In this document: in pieces, positions 11,282 through 23,520 of the stretch | Layout of the letters: every line of letters begins with the position of its first letter | Numbering within the stretch: the first letter of the stretch is position 1 | Origin: Cyanophora paradoxa CCMP329 | Lineage: Eukaryota > Plantae > Glaucophyta | NCBI GenBank assembly: GCA_004431415.1 | Contig: QPMI01000113.1 | Location: forward strand, 186,001-250,000 | Reading direction: 5' to 3' | Length of the DNA stretch: 64,000 nucleotides | The notes under the pieces: generated by a model | Told to the model about the DNA's origin: nothing | The model's input: only the letters and a program-made list of their open reading frames with translations | The model's database searches: none | Position numbers and translations under genes: made by a program

Positions 11282-13481
11282 ATGGCTGCGGAGTCCGCTG
11301 AGGTGCCGGAGGAGTGCGCATGGGCAGCGCCATCGGACGACGCGCGGGCAGCGAAGCGCGCGAGGCGAACGGAAGGCCAAGGCCGCGAGTCGGCCGATGC
11401 ATCTCCCGCAATCAGCCTGGCAGCACTGGAGCGCGGGGACCCGGAAGCGCTCGCCAGCCTCTTGTTGGAGCTCGAGCAGCGCTCATTTTCGTCGCTGGAG
11501 CTCGAGCCGGCCGATCAGCAGGTATTCATCGATACGGAAGAAGCGGCGCTCGCGTTCTTCCGCGGTGCGTCGCGCGAGGAGAAGGAGGCGGTGCGCGTCC
11601 TCTTCCAGGACTCGTCGGAGGGCAAAGCGCTCGTGGGGTGTGCACGCGTTACATTGCTCGCACCGCTAGCGCTCGCCGCGTACCGCTGCTCACGTGTGCG
11701 TTCCCGGGCAGGTACAACAGTGTGAGGGGAGTTAAGGAGCTCTTTCGCGTGAGGAGGCACGCCCCCGGCGAGACGCACCCGTGGCCGAACGCCGTGTTGC
11801 GGGAGCGAGCCTCGCTCGCCTTCGCTGTGATGGACCGCGCCGTCGCGGTCTGCCTGGCGGCTTGCTTCGCCGCCCTTGGATTTGATTTGGAGCACCTTCT
11901 CTCCGAGAGTGGCGACCCCGACCCGCCGCGCTCCTTCGCCGCCTCCCCGTTCGACCTCTTCCTGTACTCGAACGCCCCCGGGGCCCCGCCCGACGCCCCC
12001 AACTGCCACGGTGCCCGCCCGCCCCGTCGCCCTCCGCACCCGTCCCAATGAGGGCGGCGGGGGGCGCAGAGCACACAGACCCTGGGTGCGCAGGGTTCTC
12101 TTGCGGGGCCGTGGCGAGCGCGCGCCTTGAATGCACGCGAGCGCAGCTTCTTCACGGCCTCGGGATTCGCGTACCCCGACCTGGAGAGAAAGTAGGTTGC
12201 GGGCTCCTGCCCGCTGGGCGCCTCTCCGGCTGCCGCGAATCGCCTCGGCGGTGCCTTTAGCCCTCCTCTAGCTGGTTAGCCGCGCGTCCGTTAGGAATCC
12301 GCTCCGTGGGTCGGTTCGGTGAGCTACTCCAGCGGACACCAGCGGCGGCTTCAGCAGCTGCTCTCTCGTTCAGCCCAAGCACTTCTCTGCGGCAGCGATC
12401 GGCCGCCCGCGGCTATGGGGCCGGCGACCTGCGCTGCGCCCGCGCAGATGATCGTCGGTCGTGTGAGTGCACGCCCGCGTCGCGGCCGTGGGCGTCGCGG
12501 CCGCACAGATGCTTGGATTCCTGGCGAGGCGACGTGCTTCTGAGCACTCGGGCGGCCCGGGGCCTCCCAATTTGCAACCCCCGCCGCAGCGGACTCCGCG
12601 CGCGCGCGCGCCAGCTGGAGGAGGTATCTCTCGGCCGAGGAGCACAGGTTGCCGGCTGCGGCCGGCGATGCTGTGCGCCCGCCGGTTTTCACCCGGGCTC
12701 TCACGGGCTCCGGTTTCCGGCCCTCCCTGGGGTTAGTCGGCCTTGCTCTCTTAGTGCGCTTCTTCCCTGCCAAATTTAGGGCTATAGTTCAGGCTCAGCC
12801 GCTTCGACCTCATCCTCGCTTATACATCGGTCCTCTCTGTAGGCGCCCTTGTCCTGAGGGGGGTTATAGTAGCTCTGCTCTGCTTCGGCTCTCTAGGCAG
12901 GTGTAGGCAGTGTTTCTAGGCAGGTATAGGCCCCTTTCTCCAGTACAATAGCTCCACCCGGTCCGATGTCCGAAAGGCTTGTTCCCGTAGGCTCATCTCT
13001 TGACTTGACACAGATGGACACTGCAGTCATATCCCTAGCCATTTGTCTCGGTGTGTGCGAATTCATTTGTAATGACTTCTTCACGGCCTCGTGGAGCCGC
13101 ACGCCCGGCCTCGCCTGCCTGGATCTCGGCCCCGACCCGCCGGCCTGGCGCCCCGCGGCGGCCCCGGGCCGCCTCGCCGTCTTCCCGACCGCGCCCTGCA
13201 GGAGATCTCGGGCAGGCGCTTCCCCGCAGGTGCGGGCGCTCGCCGGTGCAGGCCTCGGGGCGGCGCCCTCGCCCCGCAGCGGCCGATCGCGAGCGCCCGG
13301 CAGCGGTGCACAGGGTGGAGCGGGAGGAGGGCCCGCCCGCCTCGCCCTCGTCTACGAGCTCAGGCCCCGCACCGGCGCGCCCATCGCCCCTCCGCCCTCC
13401 GCCCCCGGGCCCCCGACCCCAACCCCGGCCCCGGCATCGCCGGCCGTCGCGGCTGGAGGCGCCGCCGCCGCAGCGCACTAG
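11282..13481 (+). pseudogene. 2OG-Fe(II) dioxygenase copy 1, disrupted by a 913-bp insertion
   Basis: Same exons as 42305-43557. The insertion lies in exon 4. Confidence 0.82.
12163..13075 (+). mobile_element. 913-bp non-autonomous retro-type insertion (SINE-like or 5'-truncated LINE)
   Basis: 16-bp TSD cttcttcacggcctcg at 12147-12162 and 13076-13091. Empty site visible at 43140-43155. No TIRs. Orientation is inferred. Confidence 0.85.
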
Positions 13482-13484
13482 TAC

Positions 13485-13991
13485 TAGCCCCGCCTGCCCC
13501 CGGCGGGGCCCGCGGTTCTGCCCGCGGCCACCCCTGCAGCCGCCCCGCCCTGCCGGGTTGGAGCCCGGTGCCGCGCTGCCTGCCCCCGCCGCCGCCGCGG
13601 CGAGGGGATCGTTCTCCGCCGCCGCGGTTGCGGCTGGCTGCGCCGACGCCGGGTCCGGCTGCGCGACCGTTGGCTGCCAGCCCCGGCCTGGGCAATCTGC
13701 ATTCCGATGCGCAAAATGGGCGAGGAGGCGGTGGCGCTTGCATCCCACCAGGTTCTTGCGGAAGCGCCGGCGCGCCGCGAGGTCCTCCGGCGGCCGCACC
13801 CGCCAGAGCGTGCCCTCGCGCGCCGGGTCGCCAATGCTCACCGAGTACTTGAGCGTCTCGTACTTCGGGTGACCCGTTCCGGCTGCCGCCGCCCTCCGGC
13901 GGCCGCACCCGCCAGAGCGTGCCCTCGCGCGCCGGGTCGCCAATGCTCACCGAGTACTTGAGCGTCTCGTACTTCGGGTGACCCGTTCCGG
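13485..13991 (-). mobile_element. Fragment of the inverted LINE ORF1 end, with a ~100-bp internal tandem duplication
   Basis: 13485-13891 matches 23934-24340. 13784-13882 is repeated at 13893-13991, then joined to EF-hand gene sequence. Confidence 0.85.
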
Positions 13992-14749
13992 GCCGCCCCG
14001 CTCGGCCCCGGCCCCGCCCCCGCCTCCCCCGCGCGCTCTTGCAGGAGCGCGCCTTGGCGTGGAAGAACTCGAGGTCCTTCGCCAGCTCCTCCGCGCTCAC
14101 GACGCCTGCCCGCCCCCCGCCGCCCCCTCGGCCCCCCGCGCAGCGCCGGCGCCCTGGAGGGGCGGAGCGGGCCCCCCGCACCGTCCCGGTTCGCGTCGTA
14201 CTTCAGGAACTGCGTGCGGAACTGCAACCCGTGCTGTCGCGCCTGCGCCCGCTGCTCCCCCGCCCCCGCGTCAGCGCCCGGGGACGGCGCCGTCTGGGAA
14301 AGCGGCCGGGCGCACGAGCAGCTCGAGGTAGCGCTTGACTTCGGCGTCCTGCGCGCCACGGGGCCGTCAGACCGGCTCGTCGCAGCTAAGCTAGGGCGCG
14401 GGGCGAGCCTTGGGGTCCACTTTGACGAGGGGGCGCACGCCCTCGTTGCGGTTGGGCATGTGGCGCCCCGGGAAGGCAGCGCCGTCGAAGACGATGTGGT
14501 CTGCATGCGGGGCCGCCGTGAGCGCCCCGGGGCGCCCGCGAGGCCGCCCGGCGTGCAGCCGGCGTCGGGCGCCGAGCGGGGCGCACCGACGTTGGCGGTC
14601 ATGGCCCCGTCCTCCTTGAAGCCGCGCTTGCCCCGCTGCGACGCAGCTGAGCCGTTGGCCACGCGGCACCCCGCCGCGGGCGGCCTACTGGAAGTCGGCG
14701 CCAGCCTGAGGAACCAGCCCGGGACCGATGTGGGATGCCGAGGAAGCAT
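13992..14749 (-). pseudogene. 5' fragment of the EF-hand gene (copy 2)
   Basis: Matches 10045-10805 and 41075-41839. Confidence 0.8.
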
Positions 14750-15389
14750 GGTGGAGGACCTTGGGGCGGGCGGCGTGCTCCCTCGCGACCCCGACCTCTG
14801 CGCGGAGAGTGAGTCGCGGCGGGCTAGCTAGCAATGAAAGCTGGACTCTTAGCTAAGGATATGAGCGGGGCGTATAGGGGCCGAGGCTCGGGAAGCCGGC
14901 CCGATCGGTGCCCGCAGCACGAGGCGGCAGCCGTTTCCACACGTTGTTGCGTATCCCACGCACAGATAAATTCGTTTTCTCGCCTCCAGGAGGCCGCGTT
15001 CGACCTGTCATCGCTCTGTTGCTCTGTTCTTAGATTGCTCTGTGACTGTAACCCCTGGGCAGGCATTCGTGTACCCAGCCTTCGTCGTGGCTTAGTCTGC
15101 GCGTTAGGATAGAGGCAAGGTAACTAGGTCCCTCGCGGGCGTGGCGTATGCGCTAGGCGAGCTACGGATGCTTTAGGCTCAGCCGGCGTGGCCGTCTTCA
15201 GCACAACTTGACACACGGCCGCATGGCTGCGGAGTCCGCTGAGGTGCCGGAGGAGTGCGCATGGGCAGCGCCATCGGACGACGCGCGGGCAGCGAAGCGC
15301 GCGAGGCGAACGGAAGGCCAAGGCCGCGAGTCGGCCGATGCATCTCCCGCAATCAGCCTGTACCTTGCAGAAACCTTCTCCGGTGTAAA

Positions 15390-15610
15390 TTTGACACAGA
15401 ATCGCACAGAAAAGCACAGCATAGCACGGGAAAGCACGGCATAGCACAGAAAAGCACGGAAGAACACAGGAAAGCACAGGTTGCACAGAAAAGCACAAGG
15501 AAGGCACAGGTCGGCATGGGTGGGCACAGGCTGACATGGGTAGGCACAGGGAACATGGGTAAACATGGGTGAACATGGGTAAACAGCGATTGCACGGGTA
15601 AACACAGGAG
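15390..15610. repeat. Left subterminal ~10-bp degenerate tandem array (GCACAG/ACATGGG cores)
   Basis: About 20 units such as aaagcacaga, taggcacagg and aaacatgggt. Confidence 0.85.
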
Positions 15611-16149
15611 TATAATTTATTAATTGAAGATGTTTATTAGAATAAATCTACATAATTATAATTTTAATTTGCGCGGTGGGCGCCGGCGCGCCTCCGGGCC
15701 GGGCACGAGCTCGAGCGCTATACGCTAGCGCCCATCCTTTGCAGTGCGCATGTATGCGTATATATAGTAGCAAAACCTACAGCTGATCTCCACTGAGCCT
15801 CAGGCTGCTTGCTAACAAATTGTAGCAGGTCTGTTCGATCGATATCTCTCCTTTCTGAAAAAGTGAAAACGCTCTCCCTAAGACTTTTCTTCCTGCCAAT
15901 CACACATCTAGCACCGGAAAAGGCCGGCCGCCAAGCACCATAGAAGGCCGGCTGCAGCTAAATACACCAATATATATACCAATCCTACGAACGGGAGCGG
16001 CCCCAGCAAGAAAGCTATAGCTATAGCTATCGTTAGGATGCGGCCTAGCTCTAGTGAGCGCCGCGGCGCAGGGCCTGCGGCGACGGCTTCTAAGTGCCGA
16101 GCAGAAAGCAGAAAGCAGAAAGCTAAGTAACTTCTAAGTAGCTCTCACC

Positions 16150-19100
16150 ACTATATACAGAAAGCAGAAATTAAAGAAACGCATTGCCAGCAAAAAATGC
16201 ATGCGCGCGCAGGCAGCGCAGCCCTGTCAATAGCTAGCACCGAGAAAACGAGTTGCAGCTGCTGCCCCCTACCTCTGAGCCATACTCCCGAAAACAGCGA
16301 GCTCCTGACCCGCCGCCCGGCTAGCAGCACGATAGCTGCGAGCACGCGAGTGTCAAAAACGAGCTGTGCGCCTCGGCAAGTGAAGGGAGCAGCGCTAGCA
16401 GACCGGATCAGACGTGAAGCGACGCAACCCGCACAAGGTCATGCGGCACCTCGCGGCGCTCGTTGCGCTGTGCGCGTCGCGGTCAGCGAACGCTCGAACA
16501 GAAAGAGACAAGGTTGGCATGCGCGCGCGCGGCTGTGCACCTCGGCAAAGAGAAGTGGCAGAAGAACGGATCCGGAGTGACAGCGGCACCATCCCCGCGG
16601 CACCATCCCGCAGATCGCCGTCTCTGACCCGCGGCCTGTTAGGAGCGTTCAACGCGTCGACGGTTGGGCGGCACGCTGGCCGCCGCTGACTTCGAGCTCT
16701 CGCACGCTTCCGTGCGCGAAGCGTTCCTCTAAGATGGGCCCGGCCCGCAGTGCATGTGGGTCTGGACTCGCCGGGCGCTGCGTGCGCGCGGAACGACGCC
16801 GAACTCCCGATTGGCGGTCGTCTCGGGTGCGCCTCCCAAGCATAGCTTGGGGCCAGCGGCGCGCGAATGCATAGCTGACGATGCGCAGGACGTAACCCGG
16901 CGCGGCCTTCGGCGGCGCGGCTCGCCGCACGGGGCAGCAGCGGACGGCGGCGGCACGGCTCGCGGGACGGGGCGGCGGCGCGGCGGGCGGCGGCGCGGCT
17001 CGCGGGACGGAGCGGCGGCGCAGCGGGCAGCTGGGCGGCTCGCGGAACGGGACGGCGGCCGGCAAGCCGCGTCGCCGCCCGCTGCGCCGCCGCCCCAGCG
17101 AGCCGCCCCGCCGCCCGCCGCCGACACCCGCCGCGAAAGGAGTCCCGCACCCGGGCGGGCGGGGCGGAGCTGCGTGGCTTGGCCGGGCCGGGGCGCCGGC
17201 CGGGCGCCGGCGCAGGGGGCGCCGGTGCGGCTCGCTGTACGGGGCGGAGGCCCGGCGGGCGGCGGCGCGGCTCGCTGGACGGGGCAGGGGCGCCGCGGCG
17301 GCGCCGCGGGCGGCGGCAGGCGGCGGCGCGGCTTGCCAGGACGCGGCGGGCGGCGGCGGAGGGCGGAGTAGAGGCGCGGCGGGCGGCGGTGCGGCTCTGA
17401 GGGCGGGGCGGAGGCGCGGCGGGCAGACCCCTCCGGGCGGCGGCGCGGCTCGAACGAGGGAACGGGAACGAGGCGTACTGCAAGGCCGGGCAGCAGCAGA
17501 CGGCGGCGGGCCGGCTCGCGGGATGCGCCGGAGGCGCGGCGGGCGGCGGCACGGCTCGCCCAGTCGGGGCGGACGCGTGCTGGACGGCGTTGCAGCGTGG
17601 TCGGCAGTGGCGCGGCTCGCGGGACGGAGCTGCGGCGTGGCAGGCAGCGGCGTTGCTCTCTCCGCACAGCGCCAATGCAGCTATTGTTAACGTTGTATGC
17701 CACGGGCAGCTTGTTTTAGCTAAAGCTAGTTTTGCATGCCAGGGGAAATTTTCCAAGCTCTCTCTCTTCTCTTTTAGCTCAGCCCATGTACATGCTTGTT
17801 GCTTCGAATTCGCTGCCGAACTAACAAACAAGCTTGAGCAAGATCTAGCTATATACATAAATTAAAGGCACGTATGAAGAATGGGCACGCTCCGCCGCCA
17901 CGGGGTATGAAGAATGGGCACGCTCCGCCGCCGCCGCGGCCGCCGGCGTTCCGCCTTAGCCCTATCTTGCTGCCAAATGCCGAGAATCCACCCGCCCCGG
18001 CAAGGCGCGAGCCACGCCGCAACATGCCGAGCCTGCACTCCGCCCCGTCCGGCGAGCCGCGCCGCCGCCCGCCGCGCCTCCGCCCCGTACAGCGAGCCGA
18101 CCGCGGCGCCCCTGCCCCGTCCAGCGAGCCGCGCCGCCGCCCGCCGGGCCTCCGCCCGTACAGCAAGCCGCACCGGCGCCCCCTGCGCCGGCGCCCGGCC
18201 GGCGCCCCGGCCCGGCCAAGCCACGCAGCTCCGCCCCGCCCCGCCCGGGTGCGGGACTCCTTTCGCGGCGGGTGTCGGCGGCGGGCGGCGGGCGGCTCGC
18301 TGGGACGGCGGCGCAGCGGGCGGCGACGCGGCTTGCCGGCCGCCGCCCCGTTCCGCGAGCCGCCCCGCTGCCCGCTGCGCCGCCGCTCCGTCCCGCGAGC
18401 CGCGCCGCCGCCCGCCGCGCCGCCGCCCGTCCCGCGAGCCGTGCCGCCGCCGTCCGCTGCTGCCCCGTGCGGCGAGCCGCGCCGCCGAAGGCCGCGCCGG
18501 GTTACGTCCTGCGCATCGTCAGCTATGCATTCGCGCGCCGCTGGCCCCAAGCTATGCTTGGGAGGCGCACCCGAGACAACCGCCAATCGGGAGTTCGGCG
18601 TCGTTCCGCGCGCACGCAGCGCCCGGCGAGTCCAGACCCACATGCACTGCGGGCCGGGCCCATCTTAGAGGAACGCTTCGCGCATGGAAGCGTGCGAGAG
18701 CTCGAAGTCAGCGGCGGCCAGCGTGCCGCCCAACCGTCGACGCGTTGAACGCTCCTAACAGGCCGCGGGTCAGAGACGGCGATCTGCGGGCGTGAGTGAG
18801 ACGTACGGCGAGTAACCGGACAGGTAGGCGAGGAACTTGGCGAGCACGGCGAGTACGGGCGGTTGGGAACAAGCAAGTCAGCGCGCGGGGCGCGCGGATG
18901 CAGTCAAGGCGGAGGCCAGTCCTGCGGCAACACCCTCTGGCTGGCGAAATAGCCGCGCGCTGCGTGCCACGAGCGGCCGCCAAGTCTGCGAGGTGCGACG
19001 CGCATCTGGCCCGAGCACGAAGGGAGCTGGAGTGGGAAGCTGAGGAGCTGCAGACTCTGCACTGCAGCCAGCCGAGCGAACTTGAGGCCAAGGGCGCAAG

Positions 19101-21403
19101 CGCAGCAGCTGCAGCTGGCACCGCTGGGTATCGTCCGTAAAAAAAAGGGGGGGGAAGGAATGACGGCCATTATCGTCGAATTTCCTTGAAAAATGCATTT
19201 CGGGCTGCTACATGTGCGAACAGTGAAGCGAATGCTTCGTTTGGTTGTATTTAGGCACATAGTAATTGTTTCAGCACTAAGCTGTGACTCTTGACCCTCT
19301 GAACGCACTCTCTTGTGGCTGAAATCAAGGGGGGGCAAAAAAGTGAAAATGACCAAATCAGTCTCTGCAGAAGCGCATCCATATGATCTCAAGCACTCCT
19401 GAAGTAAGGTATTGATTATATGAGTGATTTAAAGCCGCTTTCGGAAGGCCCAATACGAGTTTTCGCTGAGATCATGCAGGGGCCATGGTTGAAACATGCA
19501 ATGCTCTCACGGGTTGCCAGCATCGACTCAAGACACGCTAAATACCTCTTTAGAAAGCCCTTAACTTCCAGATTACAGGAATAAATTTTTTGTCCGGTCT
19601 GCCGATTCCCGGAACGTCGGTGCACCTTCATGTGTCTCACTGAGCACATCATGAGCACAGTCTGGTGACTTGATGAACAGCTCATCTTCTCTTCAGTACT
19701 GAAAGAAGTCATTCCTGGAATTGCTGATTACCGTCAAAATGAAGTCGTCAAAGCTTTCGAGGGTCCTCTCTCTGATTTTGAAACAATCCGAGTTTAGATC
19801 TAAAGCCATTAGGCGCTAGCACCTTTTTTTGCCAAGGGGGGGGCTGTGACTCATTAAGCTGCACGAGCACCAGCAATGCGTGCCACGTCATGAACTGCTC
19901 CTTATAGAGAGGGTTCGATGCATTGGAAGGCGGATCGAAGCGAGGAACGCACATGACCAGACCTAGGCCTAGGCCTAGGCCGGTCTCCAAGGAATTCGTT
20001 GTCGTACCCCGGGTCCCAACTTGCCGACCGGCGACCGGCCGCGGTGACTGCGTCGGCTGGCCCTCGCGGCGGCAGACGGCCTTGCCAGATAGTTGCAACT
20101 CCTGGCAGCACGGCGGCTCGGTGCGTCGGTTCTGGGCTTCGCCGCGCAGCCGGACTCCCTGACTCTGCGAACAGGCCGAGCAGCGGTGCTGTTGCCGCAG
20201 CGAACGCGGCCACTTTGAGAGAGAACGATGCACCTCTTGCGCCTTGATGCTCTCGCCCGGCTCGTGCTGGGTCTGATTTCAAACGCAGACTGTCGCTGCC
20301 CCTGCTGCTGGGTTCGGCCGCGGCCGCGAACGCTCTCGAACGCGTCGTTTTCGACCTCCTTCCGCCCTTAATCTCTACTCGTTGCCCGGCCGCCGCCGGT
20401 CAGCTTATGTTGCTTTGACAGGCCCGCGCAGAAAGGCGAGGCCCCTGCCGATGCGAAGCAAGGTGTTTCTGGTTTCCGTCTGTTTCCTTCGATCGCTCAT
20501 CCCGCTTGCATGTCAGGGAACACGCACGACCGAGCCCCGCGAGCACGGCCAAGTGGCGGCCGCGACTTGCTCGCTGGCACTCTTGGCGGCCGGGCGGGAA
20601 GCGGTCCCGCTGGTCAAGAAACCTCGCGGACGATGCTAACGCACGAGCCTCGCTAACACGGCGCGCTTCGCCCGGTTCCGGGTCCTGTCTCTTCCAACAC
20701 TCGCAGCTCGCCTGGCTCCTTCTCCCGCAGGCTAGGTGCTCGTTCTTGTTTCCGCTACTCTCGCCTTGATCTTGTTCTGACACCGGGACGCGCGCAGCGC
20801 AGCGGGTGCCGTTCACGCGCGGCCAGCATCTCGCACTTCTTGCTGCGGGAGCTCGGACGGGTGCGGTCTTTTCGCAGGCGCGCGTTCTTCTCCTCTTTCG
20901 CTTGACGCTCCGAGCGCAGCGAGCGCCTCGTCCTCGCCCTCGGCTACGGGCGGGGATGGTGCCGCTGTCACTCCGGATCCGTTCTTCTGCCACTTCTCTT
21001 TGCCGAGGTGCACAGCCGCGCGCGCGCATGCCAACCTTGTCTCTTTCTGTTCGAGCGTTCGCTGACCGCGACGCGCACAGCGCAACGAGCGCCGCGAGGT
21101 GCCGCATGACCTTGTGCGGGTTGCATCACTTTACGTCTGAGCCGGTCTGCTAGCGCTGCTCCCTCTACTTGCCGAGGCGCACAGCTCGTTTTTGACACTC
21201 GCGTGCTCGCAGCGACCAGCGATTGTCCTGCTAGCAGGGCAGCGGGTCAGGAGCTCGCTGTTTTCGGGAGTATGGCTCAGAGGTAGGGGGCAGCAGCTGC
21301 AACTCGTTTTCTCAATGCTAGCTATTGATAGGGCTGCGCTGCCTTCGCGCACATGCATTTTTTGCTGGCAATGCGTTTTCTGTATGACTGCTTTCTGCAT
21401 ATA
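16150..21403. repeat. Nested long inverted repeats: A 16150-16598 / A' 20950-21403; B ~16607-17300 / B' ~18100-18790
   Basis: The same translated ORFs appear on opposite strands (16414+ vs 20400-; 16754+ vs 17849-). Reverse-complement matches checked directly. Confidence 0.9.
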
Positions 21404-21640
21404 AGTAGTGGTGGGAGCTTCGGAGAGCAGCGGCCCTGCCCGGGCTTTCGAAGCCTGCGCATGCGCATCCCCATATGCAGGGTGCCCTCGGACCGGGGCC
21501 GGCGCCGGCGCCCTGGCCTGGTCCAGGCCGCGGCCGGCCACGGCCGGCCCCGACTAATTTGATTTCTCGAAGTTGAGATAATTTTGAGTTAACTTTAATT
21601 ATAATAATAATTTTGATTTTTCATGCAGAATATTAATATC

Positions 21641-21840
21641 CGTAAAACACAGGGTTGCACAGAACACACAGGGTTGCACGGTTAAACACAGGTCTACATG
21701 GATAAACGCCGGTTTGCATGGGTAAACACAGGGAACATGGGTAGGCACAGGTGGACACGGGTAGGCACAGGTTTACATGGGTGGGCACAGGTGGACACAG
21801 GTCGACACAGGTCGACACAGATTGCACCAGATTGCACAGG
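21641..21840. repeat. Right subterminal ~10-bp degenerate tandem array
   Basis: Units such as gtaggcacag, gtggacacag and gtttacatgg, in the same orientation as the left array. Confidence 0.85.
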
Positions 21841-22608
21841 AGAAGGTTTCGGCAACCTAAGCCTGGCAGCACTGGAGCGCGGGGACCCGGAAGCGCTCGC
21901 CAGCCTCTTGTTGGAGCTCGAGCAGCGCTCATTTTCGTCGCTGGAGCTCGAGCCGGCCGATCAGCAGGTATTCATCGATACGGAAGAAGCGGCGCTCGCG
22001 TTCTTCCGCGGTGCGTCGCGCGAGGAGAAGGAGGCGGTGCGCGTCCTCTTCCAGGACTCGTCGGAGGGCAAAGCGCTCGTGGGGTGTGCACGCGTTACAT
22101 TGCTCGCACCGCTAGCGCTCGCCGCGTACCGCTGCTCACGTGTGCGTTCCCGGGCAGGTACAACAGTGTGAGGGGAGTTAAGGAGCTCTTTCGCGTGAGG
22201 AGGCACGCCCCCGGCGAGACGCACCCGTGGCCGAACGCCGTGTTGCGGGAGCGAGCCTCGCTCGCCTTCGCTGTGATGGACCGCGCCGTCGCGGTCTGCC
22301 TGGCGGCTTGCTTCGCCGCCCTTGGATTTGATTTGGAGCACCTTCTCTCCGAGAGTGGCGACCCCGACCCGCCGCGCTCCTTCGCCGCCTCCCCGTTCGA
22401 CCTCTTCCTGTACTCGAACGCCCCCGGGGCCCCGCCCGACGCCCCCAACTGCCACGGTGCCCGCCCGCCCCGTCGCCCTCCGCACCCGTCCCAATGAGGG
22501 CGGCGGGGGGCGCAGAGCACACAGACCCTGGGTGCGCAGGGTTCTCTTGCGGGGCCGTGGCGAGCGCGCGCCTTGAATGCACGCGAGCGCAGCTTCTTCA
22601 CGGCCTCG

Positions 22609-23520
22609 GGATTCGCGTACCCCGACCTGGAGAGAAAGTAGGTTGCGGGCTCCTGCCCGCTGGGCGCCTCTCCGGCTGCCGCGAATCGCCTCGGCGGTGC
22701 CTTTAGCCCTCCTCTAGCTGGTTAGCCGCGCGTCCGTTAGGAATCCGCTCCGTGGGTCGGTTCGGTGAGCTACTCCAGCGGACACCAGCGGCGGCTTCAG
22801 CAGCTGCTCTCTCGTTCAGCCCAAGCACTTCTCTGCGGCAGCGATCGGCCGCCCGCGGCTATGGGGCCGGCGACCTGCGCTGCGCCCGCGCAGATGATCG
22901 TCGGTCGTGTGAGTGCACGCCCGCGTCGCGGCCGTGGGCGTCGCGGCCGCACAGATGCTTGGATTCCTGGCGAGGCGACGCGCTTCTGAGCACTCGGGCG
23001 GCCCGGGGCCTCCCAATTTGCAACCCCCGCCGCAGCGGACTCCGCGCGCGCGCGCGCCAGCTGGAGGAGGTATCTCTCGGCCGAGGAGCACAGGTTGCCG
23101 GCTGCGGCCGGCGATGCTGTGCGCCCGCCGGTTTTCACCCGGGCTCTCACGGGCTCCGGTTTCCGGCCCTCCCTGGGGTTAGTCGGCCTTGCTCTCTTAG
23201 TGCGCTTCTTCCCTGCCAAATTTAGGGCTATAGTTCAGGCTCAGCCGCTTCGACCTCATCCTCGCTTATACATCGGTCCTCTCTGTAGGCGCCCTTGTCC
23301 TGAGGGGGTTATAGTAGCTCTGCTCTGCTTCGGCTCTCTAGGCAGGTGTAGGCAGTGTTTCTAGGCAGGTATAGGCCCCTTTCTCCAGTACAATAGCTCC
23401 ACCCGGTCCGATGTCCGAAAGGCTTGTTCCCGTAGGCTCATCTCTTGACTTGACACAGATGGACACTGCAGTCATATCCCTAGCCATTTGTCTCGGTGTG
23501 TGCGAATTCATTTGTAATGA
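22609..23520 (+). mobile_element. 912-bp retro-type insertion, duplicate of 12163-13075
   Basis: Same 16-bp TSD (22593-22608, 23521-23536) at the same site, so it was inherited through the segmental duplication. Confidence 0.85.

Larger units (their letters stand above)
2933..13485. repeat. Segmental duplication block, copy 1 (matches 34043-43560, plus a 913-bp insertion)
   Basis: Collinear near-identity from the LINE A-tail junction to gcgcactagtact. Confidence 0.93.
15361..21859. mobile_element. 6499-bp TIR DNA transposon-like element, 6-bp TSD, non-autonomous or degenerate
   Basis: TSD agcctg on both sides, with empty sites at 11414 and 42410. 21-bp TIR taccttgcagaaaccttctcc / ggagaaggtttcggcaaccta (3 mismatches). 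Subterminal 10-bp arrays and internal long inverted repeats. Confidence 0.9.

Noticed and set aside
15390-15610. Repeat arrays as CRISPR or telomeric repeats
   Set aside because: Degenerate 10-bp units with no spacers, no cas genes, a eukaryotic context, and located inside a TSD-flanked element.
15361-21859. Polinton/Maverick because of the 6-bp TSD
   Set aside because: Too short, with no pPolB, integrase, ATPase or capsid ORFs, and the termini are not AG..CT.
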